DNA of 64,000 bases from Parvicellaceae bacterium. Its GTDB lineage: Bacteria > Bacteroidota > Bacteroidia > Flavobacteriales_D > Parvicellaceae. The translations under genes and the position numbers were made by a program. Below, piece after piece: positions 10,519 to 20,020 of this stretch (position 1 is the first letter of the stretch; each line of letters opens with the position of its first letter). Below the pieces are notes generated by a model. That model saw nothing but the letters and a program-made list of their open reading frames with translations, ran no database searches and was not told where the DNA came from. The stretch spans positions 806,781-870,780 of the forward strand of contig OZ253949.1 of assembly GCA_965267315.1 (NCBI GenBank), read 5' to 3'.

Positions 10519-10642
10519 AATCGTAAGTCAAATTGGTTCAGGCATAATACCCCAAAGGGCGTACCGTAACCATCACAAACCTACAGAAGCAGCGTCCCTT
10601 AAAGGTTTTCACGATGCTCCGTGTTTTTTGCCAGTATGACCG

Positions 10643-10662
10643 TTGTAGAACTTCTTCTACAA
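10643..10662. promoter_or_regulatory. Perfect 8-4-8 palindrome (TTGTAGAA-CTTC-TTCTACAA), candidate operator between divergent genes
   Basis: Seen directly in the intergenic region between the hemerythrin gene (-) and the biotin-carrier gene (+). Confidence 0.35.
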
Positions 10663-10764
10663 TTACTAAATGTTGTCTCATCTTTTCATCCGTTAGGCAC
10701 GTGCTTGCTCTTGGTATATGAGCGAATATGTATAACTTAGGCGTCCAACCACAAATTCTTTGGT

Positions 10765-11247
10765 TTGTATAAGGTAAAAGTCAATTCAGGAGACAGTCAG
10801 GAAATTTCGTCGGACTCCCCGGAAATTCAAGGATTGAATATCCTGCCAGATGGCGACGGGGGATACCACGTCATCCATCATAACAGCAGTTACAATGTGC
10901 GAGTTTTAGAACATAAAAAGGACGAAAAACTGCTGACCTTGCTTATAAATGGTAATAAGTATGCCGTTCAACTTGAAGACCAGTATGACAGTCTTTTGAA
11001 GAGCATGGGCATGGGTGCCGGGGCGACCAAAAAGATTAAAAATCTTAAAGCTCCGATGCCTGGATTGGTTTTAGATGTAATGGTAAATGCCGGAACCACT
11101 GTGAAAAAAGATGATCCACTAATGATCCTTGAAGCCATGAAAATGGAGAACATCCTAAAATCTCCCGGTGATGCGGTGGTTAAAAGTGTGGAAATTGAAA
11201 AAGGAAAAGCGGTAGATAAAAATCAAGTTTTAATTCATTTCGAATAA
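10765..11247 (+). CDS. Biotin/lipoyl-attachment domain protein (acetyl-CoA carboxylase biotin carboxyl carrier-like)
   Basis: C-terminal EAMKMEN biotinylation motif with the flanking hammerhead pattern. Track start is TTG at 10765; the first in-frame ATG is 11005. The N-terminal KVKVNS...INGNKYAVQLED region matches Bacteroidota small biotin-carrier proteins, so I keep the long form. Confidence 0.7.
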   Translation: MYKVKVNSGDSQEISSDSPEIQGLNILPDGDGGYHVIHHNSSYNVRVLEHKKDEKLLTLLINGNKYAVQLEDQYDSLLKSMGMGAGATKKIKNLKAPMPGLVLDVMVNAGTTVKKDDPLMILEAMKMENILKSPGDAVVKSVEIEKGKAVDKNQVLIHFE

Positions 11248-11249
11248 TT

Positions 11250-11897
11250 ATGAAGAAGACATTCTTTGCTGTTACAATGGTTGGTGCAACCTTACTGTTC
11301 TCGTGCAGCGACACCAACCATACGAATCCTGAACTCGTTACAACTACAGTTGAAACAAGCACTGTTGAAACAAAATCGGGAGTTAATTGGGAATACGATC
11401 ACTCCACTACAGAGGTGCAATGGACTGGTTACAAACTCGAAGCAAAAGCCGGTGTACAAGGATGGTTTGATAGCATCGTTGTAAGTGGGTTTACACCTGG
11501 GCCCGACGCTTCAAAAGCAATGGAAGGGGTAACTTTCGAAATATATACTGAAAGCATTGCTTCGGGCGACACAACGCGTGATGGAAAGCTTGCAAAGTTT
11601 CTCTTTGGTGAAATGGAAACCCCGGTGATTACTGGTGAAATTAAGAGCGTGTCTGACGGACAGGCAATTGTGGATGTTACCATGGCGGGAATGACACTTC
11701 CTCTTGAAATGTCGTGTGAGGTGATGACTGATGGCAACTTAAAGATGCTCGGAACAATTGCCAGCTTGAAAGACTTTGGTCCATTGGCCGTTGCTGGCTT
11801 TGAAGCTATCTCGGAAGCCTGCTCAGAGAAGCACGAAGGAGTAACACACGAAGACGTTGAAATCAAGGTTTACACGACTCTGAAAAAAGCGGAGTAA
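11250..11897 (+). CDS. Lipoprotein, possibly YceI-like
   Basis: Signal plus lipobox MKKTFFAVTMVGATLLFSCSD. SIASGDTTRDGKLAKFLFGEMETPVITGEI resembles the YceI core motif. Weak call. Confidence 0.45.
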   Translation: MKKTFFAVTMVGATLLFSCSDTNHTNPELVTTTVETSTVETKSGVNWEYDHSTTEVQWTGYKLEAKAGVQGWFDSIVVSGFTPGPDASKAMEGVTFEIYTESIASGDTTRDGKLAKFLFGEMETPVITGEIKSVSDGQAIVDVTMAGMTLPLEMSCEVMTDGNLKMLGTIASLKDFGPLAVAGFEAISEACSEKHEGVTHEDVEIKVYTTLKKAE

Positions 11898-11903
11898 TCT
11901 GAA

Positions 11904-12374
11904 ATGAAGGAGCGGCGCTGGTTTGTTGGTGGGTTAACTCTCGTTACGCTTGTTTTCTTTCAAAGTTGTGTTCTTCAGTATCCCCCTTATGCCAAGCAAG
12001 CAGATGTGTTGGCACTAAACGTTGGTGTGCCTTTAGACTCGGTAAATACTGTGTTACAAATGGAACCCAATGATGTGGTATCCATAGACTCTGTATCTAC
12101 CGTATTTCTCTATAAATATCGAACTGAAGAGATAAAGACGGTAAAACCCGGACTTAAGAGAAACCGTGGCTTGAAGGTAGATGGTGTATTCAAAGAGTGC
12201 CTGGTTAAGGTTGACACCTCGAATATCGTTCAAAACATCGAAACCCGCGATGAAGCTGTTAGCACCGAAATGAAGAAAAAGAAGATTCGGCCTACGGAAG
12301 TGATCAATACGGTTACTACATTTTTATCAGTAACAGTGCCTGCGGTGCTGGTGTATTTTACGGTAAACGAGTAA
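11904..12374 (+). CDS. Hypothetical secreted protein with a C-terminal TM helix
   Basis: ORF with N-terminal hydrophobic signal and C-terminal hydrophobic segment. No recognisable motif. Confidence 0.4.
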   Translation: MKERRWFVGGLTLVTLVFFQSCVLQYPPYAKQADVLALNVGVPLDSVNTVLQMEPNDVVSIDSVSTVFLYKYRTEEIKTVKPGLKRNRGLKVDGVFKECLVKVDTSNIVQNIETRDEAVSTEMKKKKIRPTEVINTVTTFLSVTVPAVLVYFTVNE

Positions 12375-12385
12375 AGCTAACCCCC

Positions 12386-13318
12386 TTAAACAGTGGCTAC
12401 ATTCATTTCAAAATGTGCCAGCTTGACAAACCGATCTACACGTTGCTCAATTTCCTCTCTGGTTAAACCCTCAAGGCGTTCGGTACCGAACTTCTCCACC
12501 GTAAATGACGCCAGTGCGCTTCCATAAATAATCGCCCTTTTCATATTGTCAAATGACAGGTCGTCGGTCTGCGCCAAATAACCAATAAATCCTCCTGCGA
12601 ACGTATCGCCTGCTCCGGTTGGATCGAACACCTCAGCAAGAGGTAGAGCCGGAGCAAAGAAGACGTTCTCACCGTGAAACAGAAGCGCTCCGTGCTCCCC
12701 TTTCTTGATAATTAAGTATTTCGGCCCCATTTGACGGATAATATCTGCGGCTTTTACCAAAGAATACTGTCCGGAAAGTTGACGGGCTTCTTCGTCGTTG
12801 ATAGTAAGAATATCGACATGTTTCAGCACCTTCTTAAGGTCATCCATGGCAATATCCATCCAGAAGTTCATCGTGTCCAGAACTACTAATTTCGGTGCAT
12901 TATTCAGTCTTTCAAACACCTGCATCTGTACAGCGGGCGCCAAATTACCAAGCATTAAATACTCCGTGCCGGTTTGATAGGACTCCGGGATTATCGGGTC
13001 GAACGTTTCCAATACATTGAGCTCCGTTGCCAGTGTATCCCTCGTATTCATATCTGTATGATACTTTCCTGACCAGAAGAAAGACTTCTCGTTTTCCTTG
13101 ATTTGAAGACCGTCGAGATTTACTCCTCTATTCTCCAGATCTTTGAGTCGGTCTTTGGGGAAATCCCCCCCAACTACCGAAACCACCCTTGATTCCTTCA
13201 CAAAATAAGATGCTGCCAAAGCAATATACGTGCAGGCACCTCCTACAATTTTATCCGTCTTTCCAAATGGTGTTTCAATAGCATCAAAAGCCATTGTACC
13301 GATACTCAATAAACTCAT
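12386..13318 (-). CDS. PfkB-family carbohydrate kinase (ribokinase-like)
   Basis: DPTGAGDTFAGGFIGYL (GAGD anion-hole motif) and N-terminal GG dinucleotide. Ribokinase fold length. Confidence 0.85.
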   Translation of the reverse strand: MSLLSIGTMAFDAIETPFGKTDKIVGGACTYIALAASYFVKESRVVSVVGGDFPKDRLKDLENRGVNLDGLQIKENEKSFFWSGKYHTDMNTRDTLATELNVLETFDPIIPESYQTGTEYLMLGNLAPAVQMQVFERLNNAPKLVVLDTMNFWMDIAMDDLKKVLKHVDILTINDEEARQLSGQYSLVKAADIIRQMGPKYLIIKKGEHGALLFHGENVFFAPALPLAEVFDPTGAGDTFAGGFIGYLAQTDDLSFDNMKRAIIYGSALASFTVEKFGTERLEGLTREEIEQRVDRFVKLAHFEMNVATV

Positions 13319-13404
13319 TGTACTGTTTTCAATATTGGCTGCAAAGGTATTGTTTCTACAGCTATTTACACGGCAACGGCAGCAAATTAGTTGTACATTC
13401 CCAC

Positions 13405-14205
13405 ATGCGTCGTTACCTAATCCTACTTCTGTTCACTTTATTTGGCAGCACGGTGGCGGCACAGGACTGCAACGGAATTCACTTTTCGTTGTCTGTCACC
13501 ATTCGTGATCATGGTGATTATTCCGTTTGGGAGTTGGACTCTGCAATTGTTGTTCTGACACAAAACAACAAAGAATTAGGCAAGTGGCTTAGCAATGACG
13601 ACGGAGAAGTTAGAATCAAAAATTTGTGCTCGGACACCAGCCAAATTATCATGACCTGTTCCAAACCCGGATATAAAACCGATAGTGTCGCATTTAAACC
13701 TGTTGCGGATAAAATTCGGTTTGAAAAGGTGCATCTGAAGCCCTTGAGCCAACCTGCACCTGTTGATTCGGCGTTTGCCGGTATTCCTTTGTTTGTTAAG
13801 GCCGAAGGATATATAGGCAGCGGGAGTGGTTTTCACGTATCTACAGGAGTGTTTGGAGTACCTACAGCCTCTGGCTTACTGGACTGGGGGCCGATTGAGT
13901 TGGGGATTAGCGGATCGATTGGTATTGATGGTTTATGGAAAGAAAATGTCTTTTATTTCGGACCTCGGGTTTCGGGAGGTTTCAGTCCATTGGGCACATA
14001 CACCGGAGGCAAAGTTTCACTAGGTTATTTAACGGACTTTAAAACCCGCCAGGGTTGGTACTTCCTACCTGAATATGGGCTTTCTTTTTACGGTCTGTTT
14101 TACGTAATGGCTGGCTATGTTGTTGATTTAGGCAACAGCATGGAGCTTAATCATTTGGAGGGTTGGCGTTGTAGCGTTGGCGTTAACATCCCTTTTGCAC
14201 TGTAA
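13405..14205 (+). CDS. Putative outer-membrane beta-barrel protein with an N-terminal CarbopepD_reg-like beta-sandwich
   Basis: Start set at MRRYLILLLFTLFGSTVAAQ (signal). The upstream 13294 start would overlap the PfkB gene. Gly/aromatic-rich alternating C-terminal half ending ...GVNIPFAL. Confidence 0.4.
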   Translation: MRRYLILLLFTLFGSTVAAQDCNGIHFSLSVTIRDHGDYSVWELDSAIVVLTQNNKELGKWLSNDDGEVRIKNLCSDTSQIIMTCSKPGYKTDSVAFKPVADKIRFEKVHLKPLSQPAPVDSAFAGIPLFVKAEGYIGSGSGFHVSTGVFGVPTASGLLDWGPIELGISGSIGIDGLWKENVFYFGPRVSGGFSPLGTYTGGKVSLGYLTDFKTRQGWYFLPEYGLSFYGLFYVMAGYVVDLGNSMELNHLEGWRCSVGVNIPFAL

Positions 14206-14218
14206 TTACATTGGCTGG

Positions 14219-15889
14219 TTACTGACCCAGTCCTTCCGGCTTGATTAGCCCCCCGATTTCCTTTCCCAAAATGGCTACTTTGAGGCCATCCATAACCCCT
14301 CCCAGCCATAAAAGCACCTGACCTTGATAGGGCTGCCTGGTAAACTGATAGTCTATTGCCTCCTCTCCTTCATAGGTCTGAGCATCTTTAACAAGCCAAT
14401 TGGTTATGGCCGTTAGAAACTTTTTCTGCTTCTTCCCCTGATCATCTAAGCTGAACAGGTTAAACTTCAAATTCTGATAACTTGTCGTCAGCTTCCCTGT
14501 TGTGGTGTATTTCGTGGTGGTTCCATCAAAAGTAATGTAGTCTAAACTTCCGCTATCAACGCTTACGTTCATGAACTGGCCTATAATATCGTTCCAGACG
14601 GAAAACTTCATTTTGCCTATTCTCCCGGCATATTTGCTTTTTTCAGGTTCATTGGCAGGAAACCATGCTTCCAGTTCCATTGATGCCACTCCCATCATGC
14701 TTCCTTCAAGCTTTAGATACATCTCTTCGGTCCGTAAGCTACTGTGCCCGACGTTAATCGCCATAGCGTTCACATCCGAAATTACAAGTTGAGAATAGTG
14801 TTCTCTGTGCGGGGTAATTATGTCCAGAGTTATCTCGGTTTCTTTAAACTCGAGGGTGTCTATAGATGTTGCCTTGCCAAGCATGTTCACGTATTCAGGA
14901 ATTAACGGAGCCGGTTGATTTACATTGTAATTTTTCTTGTTGTTTCTTAATAGCTTGAAATCAGCGCTGGTTATGTCAACTTTGTCTGCGTGCAAATTCT
15001 TGCCAATGAGAATACTCTTGTAATCCAGTCGTGAAAATTTCATTTCCTCAAAAACAATGTCTGCAATGGTCTTCCTGTACCTGGACTCATCGCCCACCGC
15101 GTAAATAGAACCTTTAGGTTGCATTGCCGCCTCGTAAAAGACCAACCTTTGTTCCTTGAAATCAGCTTCCAGTCCTTCCATAAGAAAACTATATTCGGCA
15201 TCAGGCGGGTTATAAAAGGCCCCTTTCGATTTGACTTTGACGTTCCGGAATGTTTCGGTCATATACTCAGCGTCTTTAAGTTTTTCAGGTTTTGCATTAA
15301 AGCCCGAAAGGGTAAGCTCTATGCCTGCCCCTGAGAATAAGCTATCAATTGGTGCTATTAAAGGGGCGAGCGTAACCTGTCCGTCATGAATTTTCAACGA
15401 ACCGATTCCGAGATTCTTAATAATAGGTTCATCGACATTCTGCTTAAGCATTGAACGGGTAACAGTATCGTTGGCACTATTAGTAAGCACTGTTAATTGG
15501 GGTGATTGGAGGGTGACACTTCCTGCATCAATGTTTTCACTAAATAACAAATCCCATATTGGAAGTTGATTAATTTCCAGTCGATCGGCTTCAAAAAAGA
15601 ACGTTGGAAATATTCCCTTCTTCTCTTGGTCGGCGGTATCGGACGTAAAAACCGGACTGGAAATTAGCAGTTGAAAGCCATCAAAACCTAGTTTGGTCTC
15701 TATCTGCTCATAATCGATATTGTAATAATCGTGAAAGGTGTTGTTTAACTTGCGTTGGAGCCGGTCGTTGAGAATATCTGGTAGAAAGAATTTTATAAAA
15801 ATACCAAACGCCACAAACAAAGCTGCTAGTGAAATAAGGCTGATTCGGAGCCATTTTGCTGGTTTTCGTGCTGGTTTTTGGTCGGCCAT
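14219..15889 (-). CDS. Membrane-anchored hypothetical protein (AsmA/DUF748-like architecture)
   Basis: N-terminal basic stretch plus TM (LRISLISLAALFVAFGIFIKFFL), then a ~500-aa beta-rich extracytoplasmic region. Confidence 0.5.
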   Translation of the reverse strand: MADQKPARKPAKWLRISLISLAALFVAFGIFIKFFLPDILNDRLQRKLNNTFHDYYNIDYEQIETKLGFDGFQLLISSPVFTSDTADQEKKGIFPTFFFEADRLEINQLPIWDLLFSENIDAGSVTLQSPQLTVLTNSANDTVTRSMLKQNVDEPIIKNLGIGSLKIHDGQVTLAPLIAPIDSLFSGAGIELTLSGFNAKPEKLKDAEYMTETFRNVKVKSKGAFYNPPDAEYSFLMEGLEADFKEQRLVFYEAAMQPKGSIYAVGDESRYRKTIADIVFEEMKFSRLDYKSILIGKNLHADKVDITSADFKLLRNNKKNYNVNQPAPLIPEYVNMLGKATSIDTLEFKETEITLDIITPHREHYSQLVISDVNAMAINVGHSSLRTEEMYLKLEGSMMGVASMELEAWFPANEPEKSKYAGRIGKMKFSVWNDIIGQFMNVSVDSGSLDYITFDGTTTKYTTTGKLTTSYQNLKFNLFSLDDQGKKQKKFLTAITNWLVKDAQTYEGEEAIDYQFTRQPYQGQVLLWLGGVMDGLKVAILGKEIGGLIKPEGLGQ

Positions 15890-16128
15890 TGACTTCTAAA
15901 ATAGGTGTATCTAAAGGTATGTCCACTACTTCTCTCGATTTTTCCCTTCTCGGTAAGGCACAAATAAGAAAAGTTTTATATTTGCCGTCCGCAACCAAGT
16001 ATGTGACTAGTGAGATCACGTCATAATGGTTGAAACGCTTCTTTAGCTTCCGCCTCCAATGCCTTTACGGCGGACGGGCAACTTCGCTAAAGAGGTGGGG
16101 AACCGACGGTAGTCGTTAACATACAAAC

Positions 16129-16202
16129 GCTTCTTTAGCTCAGTTGGTTAGAGCATCTGACTGTTAATCAGAGGGTCCTTGGTTCGAGCCCAAGAAGAAG
16201 CG
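16129..16202 (+). tRNA. tRNA-Asn (anticodon GTT)
   Basis: Hand-folded cloverleaf. Acceptor GCTTCTT/AAGAAGC, D-arm GCTC-AGTTGGTTA-GAGC, anticodon stem TCTGA/TCAGA with loop CTGTTAA, T-arm CTTGG-TTCGAGC-CCAAG, discriminator G. Confidence 0.85.
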
Positions 16203-16520
16203 CTAAAACATTAAAACCAGCCTTGTGCTGGTTTTTGTGTTTTATGCTATTGTGATTGGTGCTGGGCGACGCCAGGAGCCAGCCCAAGAACTGAGGAGTG
16301 CTTAGCACGACGACCTCATCCACGAGTGAAACGAGTGGGTAACAAAGAAGCGCCAAACAAAAAATGCCTCAGTGAATGCTGGGGCATTTTTTGTTTGGCC
16401 TGTTTTGGGCGGCTGACGCCAGGAAGCGCCCAAGAACCGAGGAGCTTGCGACGAGCTCACGACCGAACGAAGTGAGGAAGTAACTAGAAGCGCTAAATAA
16501 AACATACCTTCTTCATTTAG
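16203..16520 (+). repeat. Two degenerate ~140-bp direct repeat units downstream of tRNA-Asn, each ending with a copy of the tRNA 3' end (AGAAGCGCYAAA)
   Basis: Core GACGCCAGGAGCCAGCCCAAGAACTGAGGAG vs GACGCCAGGAAGCGCCCAAGAACCGAGGAG. Unit ends at 16346-16358 and 16487-16499 echo the tRNA terminus 16195-16207. Confidence 0.6.
16364..16392 (+). terminator. Rho-independent terminator after repeat unit 1
   Basis: ATGCCTCAG-TGAATG-CTGGGGCAT hairpin followed by TTTTTT. Confidence 0.6.
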
Positions 16521-16611
16521 AGCCATCAGTAAAGCAAGCCACTTACATCGTACATTGAAATTAATCTGCCGCAATCGCGTATCTTTATTTTACAACTTGA
16601 AATCACAGTAA

Positions 16612-17673
16612 ATGAAACTTCTGGTATCCGTATTTCTTCTGCTCAATTGTATGGCTTTGGTTGCTCAAAACGTAAATATTCCGGACTCCAGTTTCAAAGC
16701 TTATCTGGTTAACGACACGCGCATCAACACGAATGGCGACAGGGAAATACAACTTTCTGAGGCAAAGCAGTTTTCCGGAACCATTAGCTGTGCAAAATTG
16801 AAAATCACGGATCTCACAGGTATAGAAGCCTTTACTTCGCTAAGAGGTCTCAAGTGTGAAAACAACAACCTAACGGAACTGAATCTCGGCGCCAATACAA
16901 GCCTTACCAGCTTGCGCTGCTCTTACAATCAACTAAAATCTTTATCTGTCGTTGGGCTGCCCTCGCTCAGAACACTTTTTTGCGACGGCAATATGCTTAC
17001 GGAGTTTGTTGTTCCGGATTCATCGGCTCTGGAAAAGTTAGATGTAGGCTTCAATCAGCTGGCAAAACTCGATGTATCAAAAGGCCTTGCGCTAAAATCT
17101 ATTAAATGCACCAAAAACAGATTAACCTCAGTAGACGTAAGCTCTAATTTAGAGTTGAACTCCTTTAATTGTGCTCAAAATGAGATTCGGTCATTGGATT
17201 TTTCCAAGAACCTAAAGCTGGATTATTTAAAATGCAACCTCAACAAGATTAGTAGTATTAACGTGGTAAGCAATTCCATGCTCAAAACGTTACTGTGCAG
17301 AGACAATCAGTTGTCTCAGTTGGACGTGTCAAATAATACTCTGTTAAAGAGTTTTAAGTGCGACAGAAATCTATTCACAAACATTGATATTAGCAAAAAT
17401 GAGCGTTTAAAGACCTTTACCTGTGATGAGAACCGACTTACAAACCTTAACATTTCTCACAACCCCTTGCTCAGCTTCTTTTCGTGTAGCGGTAACCCAT
17501 CATTAACCTCTGTAAATGCGGTAAATGGAAACAATGCCAAAATGCGAACCTTTATTGCGAATCAAAACCCCGGTCTAACCTGTATAATGGTAGATGATGT
17601 GCTTTGGAGCCAGGCTAAATGGAAAGATGGTGTAGACTCAGTTGGTGTCTTTCAAAAGGAATGTAATCATTAG
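16612..17673 (+). CDS. Leucine-rich repeat (LRR) secreted protein
   Basis: Signal peptide. About 14 tandem 22-aa LxxLxCxxNxLTxLDVSxN repeats. Confidence 0.8.
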   Translation: MKLLVSVFLLLNCMALVAQNVNIPDSSFKAYLVNDTRINTNGDREIQLSEAKQFSGTISCAKLKITDLTGIEAFTSLRGLKCENNNLTELNLGANTSLTSLRCSYNQLKSLSVVGLPSLRTLFCDGNMLTEFVVPDSSALEKLDVGFNQLAKLDVSKGLALKSIKCTKNRLTSVDVSSNLELNSFNCAQNEIRSLDFSKNLKLDYLKCNLNKISSINVVSNSMLKTLLCRDNQLSQLDVSNNTLLKSFKCDRNLFTNIDISKNERLKTFTCDENRLTNLNISHNPLLSFFSCSGNPSLTSVNAVNGNNAKMRTFIANQNPGLTCIMVDDVLWSQAKWKDGVDSVGVFQKECNH

Positions 17674-17677
17674 CAAA

Positions 17678-18085
17678 TTACTTGCTAATGAAGTTGAACT
17701 TAACCGAAGTTAGTTCCTCAAACTCTCTGCCTGCCTGTTCAATATCTTCATCCATTTCATCGTAAACCCAATCTATTTCTACATTTATTTTTTCAGACGA
17801 AGTGTTGATTTCGTTGATCTTTAAAATAAGATCCATAATGTACTTGGCTGATGAAGAATTGAAATATTCAAACCGGAATTTAACCCGGTGGTTTTCTTCT
17901 CTTTTAAACTGCTGAACCCTGTAATACAACTGGCCTCCCCAGTTCTCGATCCATTCTTTTACCGGTTTGTAGAATTCCGCAACGTTCTCCGGTCGGCTTT
18001 CTCCCTGAATTACATAGTTTCCGGTGTCAAGGTCAAGGTCAACCTGAGGGGTGTTGTCGGTTCCAGAAATTTTTAGTGGTTTCAT
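17678..18085 (-). CDS. SiaC-family (DUF1987) regulatory phosphoprotein
   Basis: 135 aa. N-terminus MKPLKISGTDNTPQVDLDLDTGNYVIQGESRPENV...W matches the DUF1987 consensus. Lies 18 bp downstream of the PP2C gene. Confidence 0.65.
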   Translation of the reverse strand: MKPLKISGTDNTPQVDLDLDTGNYVIQGESRPENVAEFYKPVKEWIENWGGQLYYRVQQFKREENHRVKFRFEYFNSSSAKYIMDLILKINEINTSSEKINVEIDWVYDEMDEDIEQAGREFEELTSVKFNFISK

Positions 18086-18103
18086 AGGTCTTTCTTCTCT
18101 CTA

Positions 18104-20020
18104 TTAAATTCGGATTCCCAGGATTAATATATCGTCTATTTGTTCGCGGTCGCCTTTCCATCTGGTGAGGGTTTTTTCCAATTCTGCGGCTTGTAAATTT
18201 GCTTTCTTCGCAGCCAGGTCTTTGAGCAACTCCCGGAATCGTTTGGGATAAAACTTTTTCCCTTCGCTTCCTCCTTTTTGGTCGTAGAAACCATCGGAAT
18301 ATAGATATATCATTTCCCCGGAATCAAGTTGAAGAGTGGTTTGGTTAAAGTCGGTGTGATTTTGGTGATAACCCAAATGCATAGCACTTCCCCGAATTTC
18401 ATCCATCTTATTGCCCGATACACGCAACATGGAATTTCTAGACCCCGCGAACCTGAGTTCCTTTTTCTCCCGGTTCACGTTTATCACAACAACATCCATT
18501 CCGTCTTTTACCGAATCATCAGATTTATCGCTCCCAAACAACTCGTACAAATCCTCATTCAGGCGCCCCAGGATCTTTTCCGGTTCCCGCAGCTTTTCCT
18601 GTTTTACAATTTTCTCTACAGTACTAATGGCCAAAACAGACATCAATGCCCCCGGAACACCATGTCCCGTACAATCTGCCAATATTATCACGCAGTCCGT
18701 TCCATTATTATGGCACCACGAAAAATCTCCCGAAACAATGTCTCTGGGTTTGTTAAAAACAAAATGCTCCTGAAATGTGTCGGCCAGCATATAATTACTG
18801 ACCAAAAGCGCATCCTGAATTTTTCTGGCATAATTAATACTGTCGGTAATGTTTTGATTCTTCTTATCCAGCTCGGCATTTTGCTCTGCAATTCTGATGT
18901 TCTTGTGCTTTAATTTTTTGTTGTTGCTCACAAATACAAAAACCAGAATTAGCACCAGCATACAAGCTACACCGGCACCAACCAACCAGGCTTGTGTTCT
19001 GGCTTGCTCCGCCTCCGACTGCCTCAGTTCTGCATCTTTACGGGCTGTTTCTAGTTCGATTCTCTCCAGTTCCTGCTGTTGCGCCGCTGCCTCTTGTTCC
19101 TTTAGCATCAACTCTTTCTGCTGGTTCAGCAACTTTAACTCCTTTACCTGGTTTTCCACACTGAGATGCTCTATTTCTTCAATAGACTTCAGGTTGGCCG
19201 AGCGCATGTCCTGGATGTAGTTTTCAGTTTCTTTGATTCGGTCTTCGTCAAACTCGGTAATAGCATTGTGTTTAGACTCATTCCCTGACTCTACCTGCTT
19301 TATGGTGCTGCGAATTGACCCGATCGAGGAAAGATTATTGGTTACAGCCAATTCTTCAGCTTGTTTTAACCGCTTCAGAGCTGTTTCGTAGTCTCCGTAA
19401 TTTGAATAAACACCTCCCAGGTTTAGAAGTAGTGTTGCCTGATCGGACGGGCTTGGGTTGCTCTCATATATCTTATTTGCTTTCTCATATTCCTCAATTG
19501 CTTTTTTTAAGCTCCCCATGGAGTAATAATTAAAAGCCATTTTTGCGATGATTTTGGCTCTCTCCACTTGTGCATAATTGTTGGAGGCAAGGGCAGAGCG
19601 GTAGGCCTCATTAGACTCCTTATATTTTTTAACATTGGCATAGCTGAACCCTATCGATTCGTAACAATACCCCGTTAAATCGTTCATTTTTTGCTTTTCC
19701 GTAATGGCTGTGGCCTTTTTAAAATAATCAACAGCATCAGCAAACTTTTTTGCCTTTTTGGTCGCGTTGCCGCCATTAACCAAACCTCGTAGCTGCTCAT
19801 TCTCGTTAGAAGAAGATTCAGCCAGCTGAATTGCCCGGTCCGCATAATCTTGAGCCTCTGCGTAATTCTTATCGGCGGTCAATTTCTCGGCAATGGTGTT
19901 GGCAATACCAGCTTTATTAGCGTCTGAAGCTTGATCTAACTGAGTCTTCAATTCGTCAATTCCTTGTGCCCAAACGGTTACACAACAAAAGGATAATATG
20001 ACCAGCACTAGTTGTTTCAT
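18104..20020 (-). CDS. Membrane PP2C/SpoIIE-type Ser/Thr phosphatase with extracytoplasmic TPR sensor domain and coiled coil (SiaA-like)
   Basis: Signal peptide, TPR repeats, long coiled coil, TM (WLVGAGVACMLVLILVFVFV). PP2C motifs DFSWCH...LADCTGHGVPGALMS...DGMDVVV...YLYSDGFYDQ. Confidence 0.8.
   Translation of the reverse strand: MKQLVLVILSFCCVTVWAQGIDELKTQLDQASDANKAGIANTIAEKLTADKNYAEAQDYADRAIQLAESSSNENEQLRGLVNGGNATKKAKKFADAVDYFKKATAITEKQKMNDLTGYCYESIGFSYANVKKYKESNEAYRSALASNNYAQVERAKIIAKMAFNYYSMGSLKKAIEEYEKANKIYESNPSPSDQATLLLNLGGVYSNYGDYETALKRLKQAEELAVTNNLSSIGSIRSTIKQVESGNESKHNAITEFDEDRIKETENYIQDMRSANLKSIEEIEHLSVENQVKELKLLNQQKELMLKEQEAAAQQQELERIELETARKDAELRQSEAEQARTQAWLVGAGVACMLVLILVFVFVSNNKKLKHKNIRIAEQNAELDKKNQNITDSINYARKIQDALLVSNYMLADTFQEHFVFNKPRDIVSGDFSWCHNNGTDCVIILADCTGHGVPGALMSVLAISTVEKIVKQEKLREPEKILGRLNEDLYELFGSDKSDDSVKDGMDVVVINVNREKKELRFAGSRNSMLRVSGNKMDEIRGSAMHLGYHQNHTDFNQTTLQLDSGEMIYLYSDGFYDQKGGSEGKKFYPKRFRELLKDLAAKKANLQAAELEKTLTRWKGDREQIDDILILGIRI

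Noticed and set aside
16028-16202. Possible integrase-associated island at tRNA-Asn
   Set aside because: There are direct repeats of the tRNA ends. However no integrase, excisionase or mobile cargo lies within 15 kb on either side, so I report it only as a repeat or remnant finding.
15708-16574. Small ORFs (15708..16019, 16168..16356, 16302..16574) around the tRNA
   Set aside because: They overlap the tRNA-Asn gene or the downstream repeat and terminator region. They have no coding features and are better explained as non-coding.
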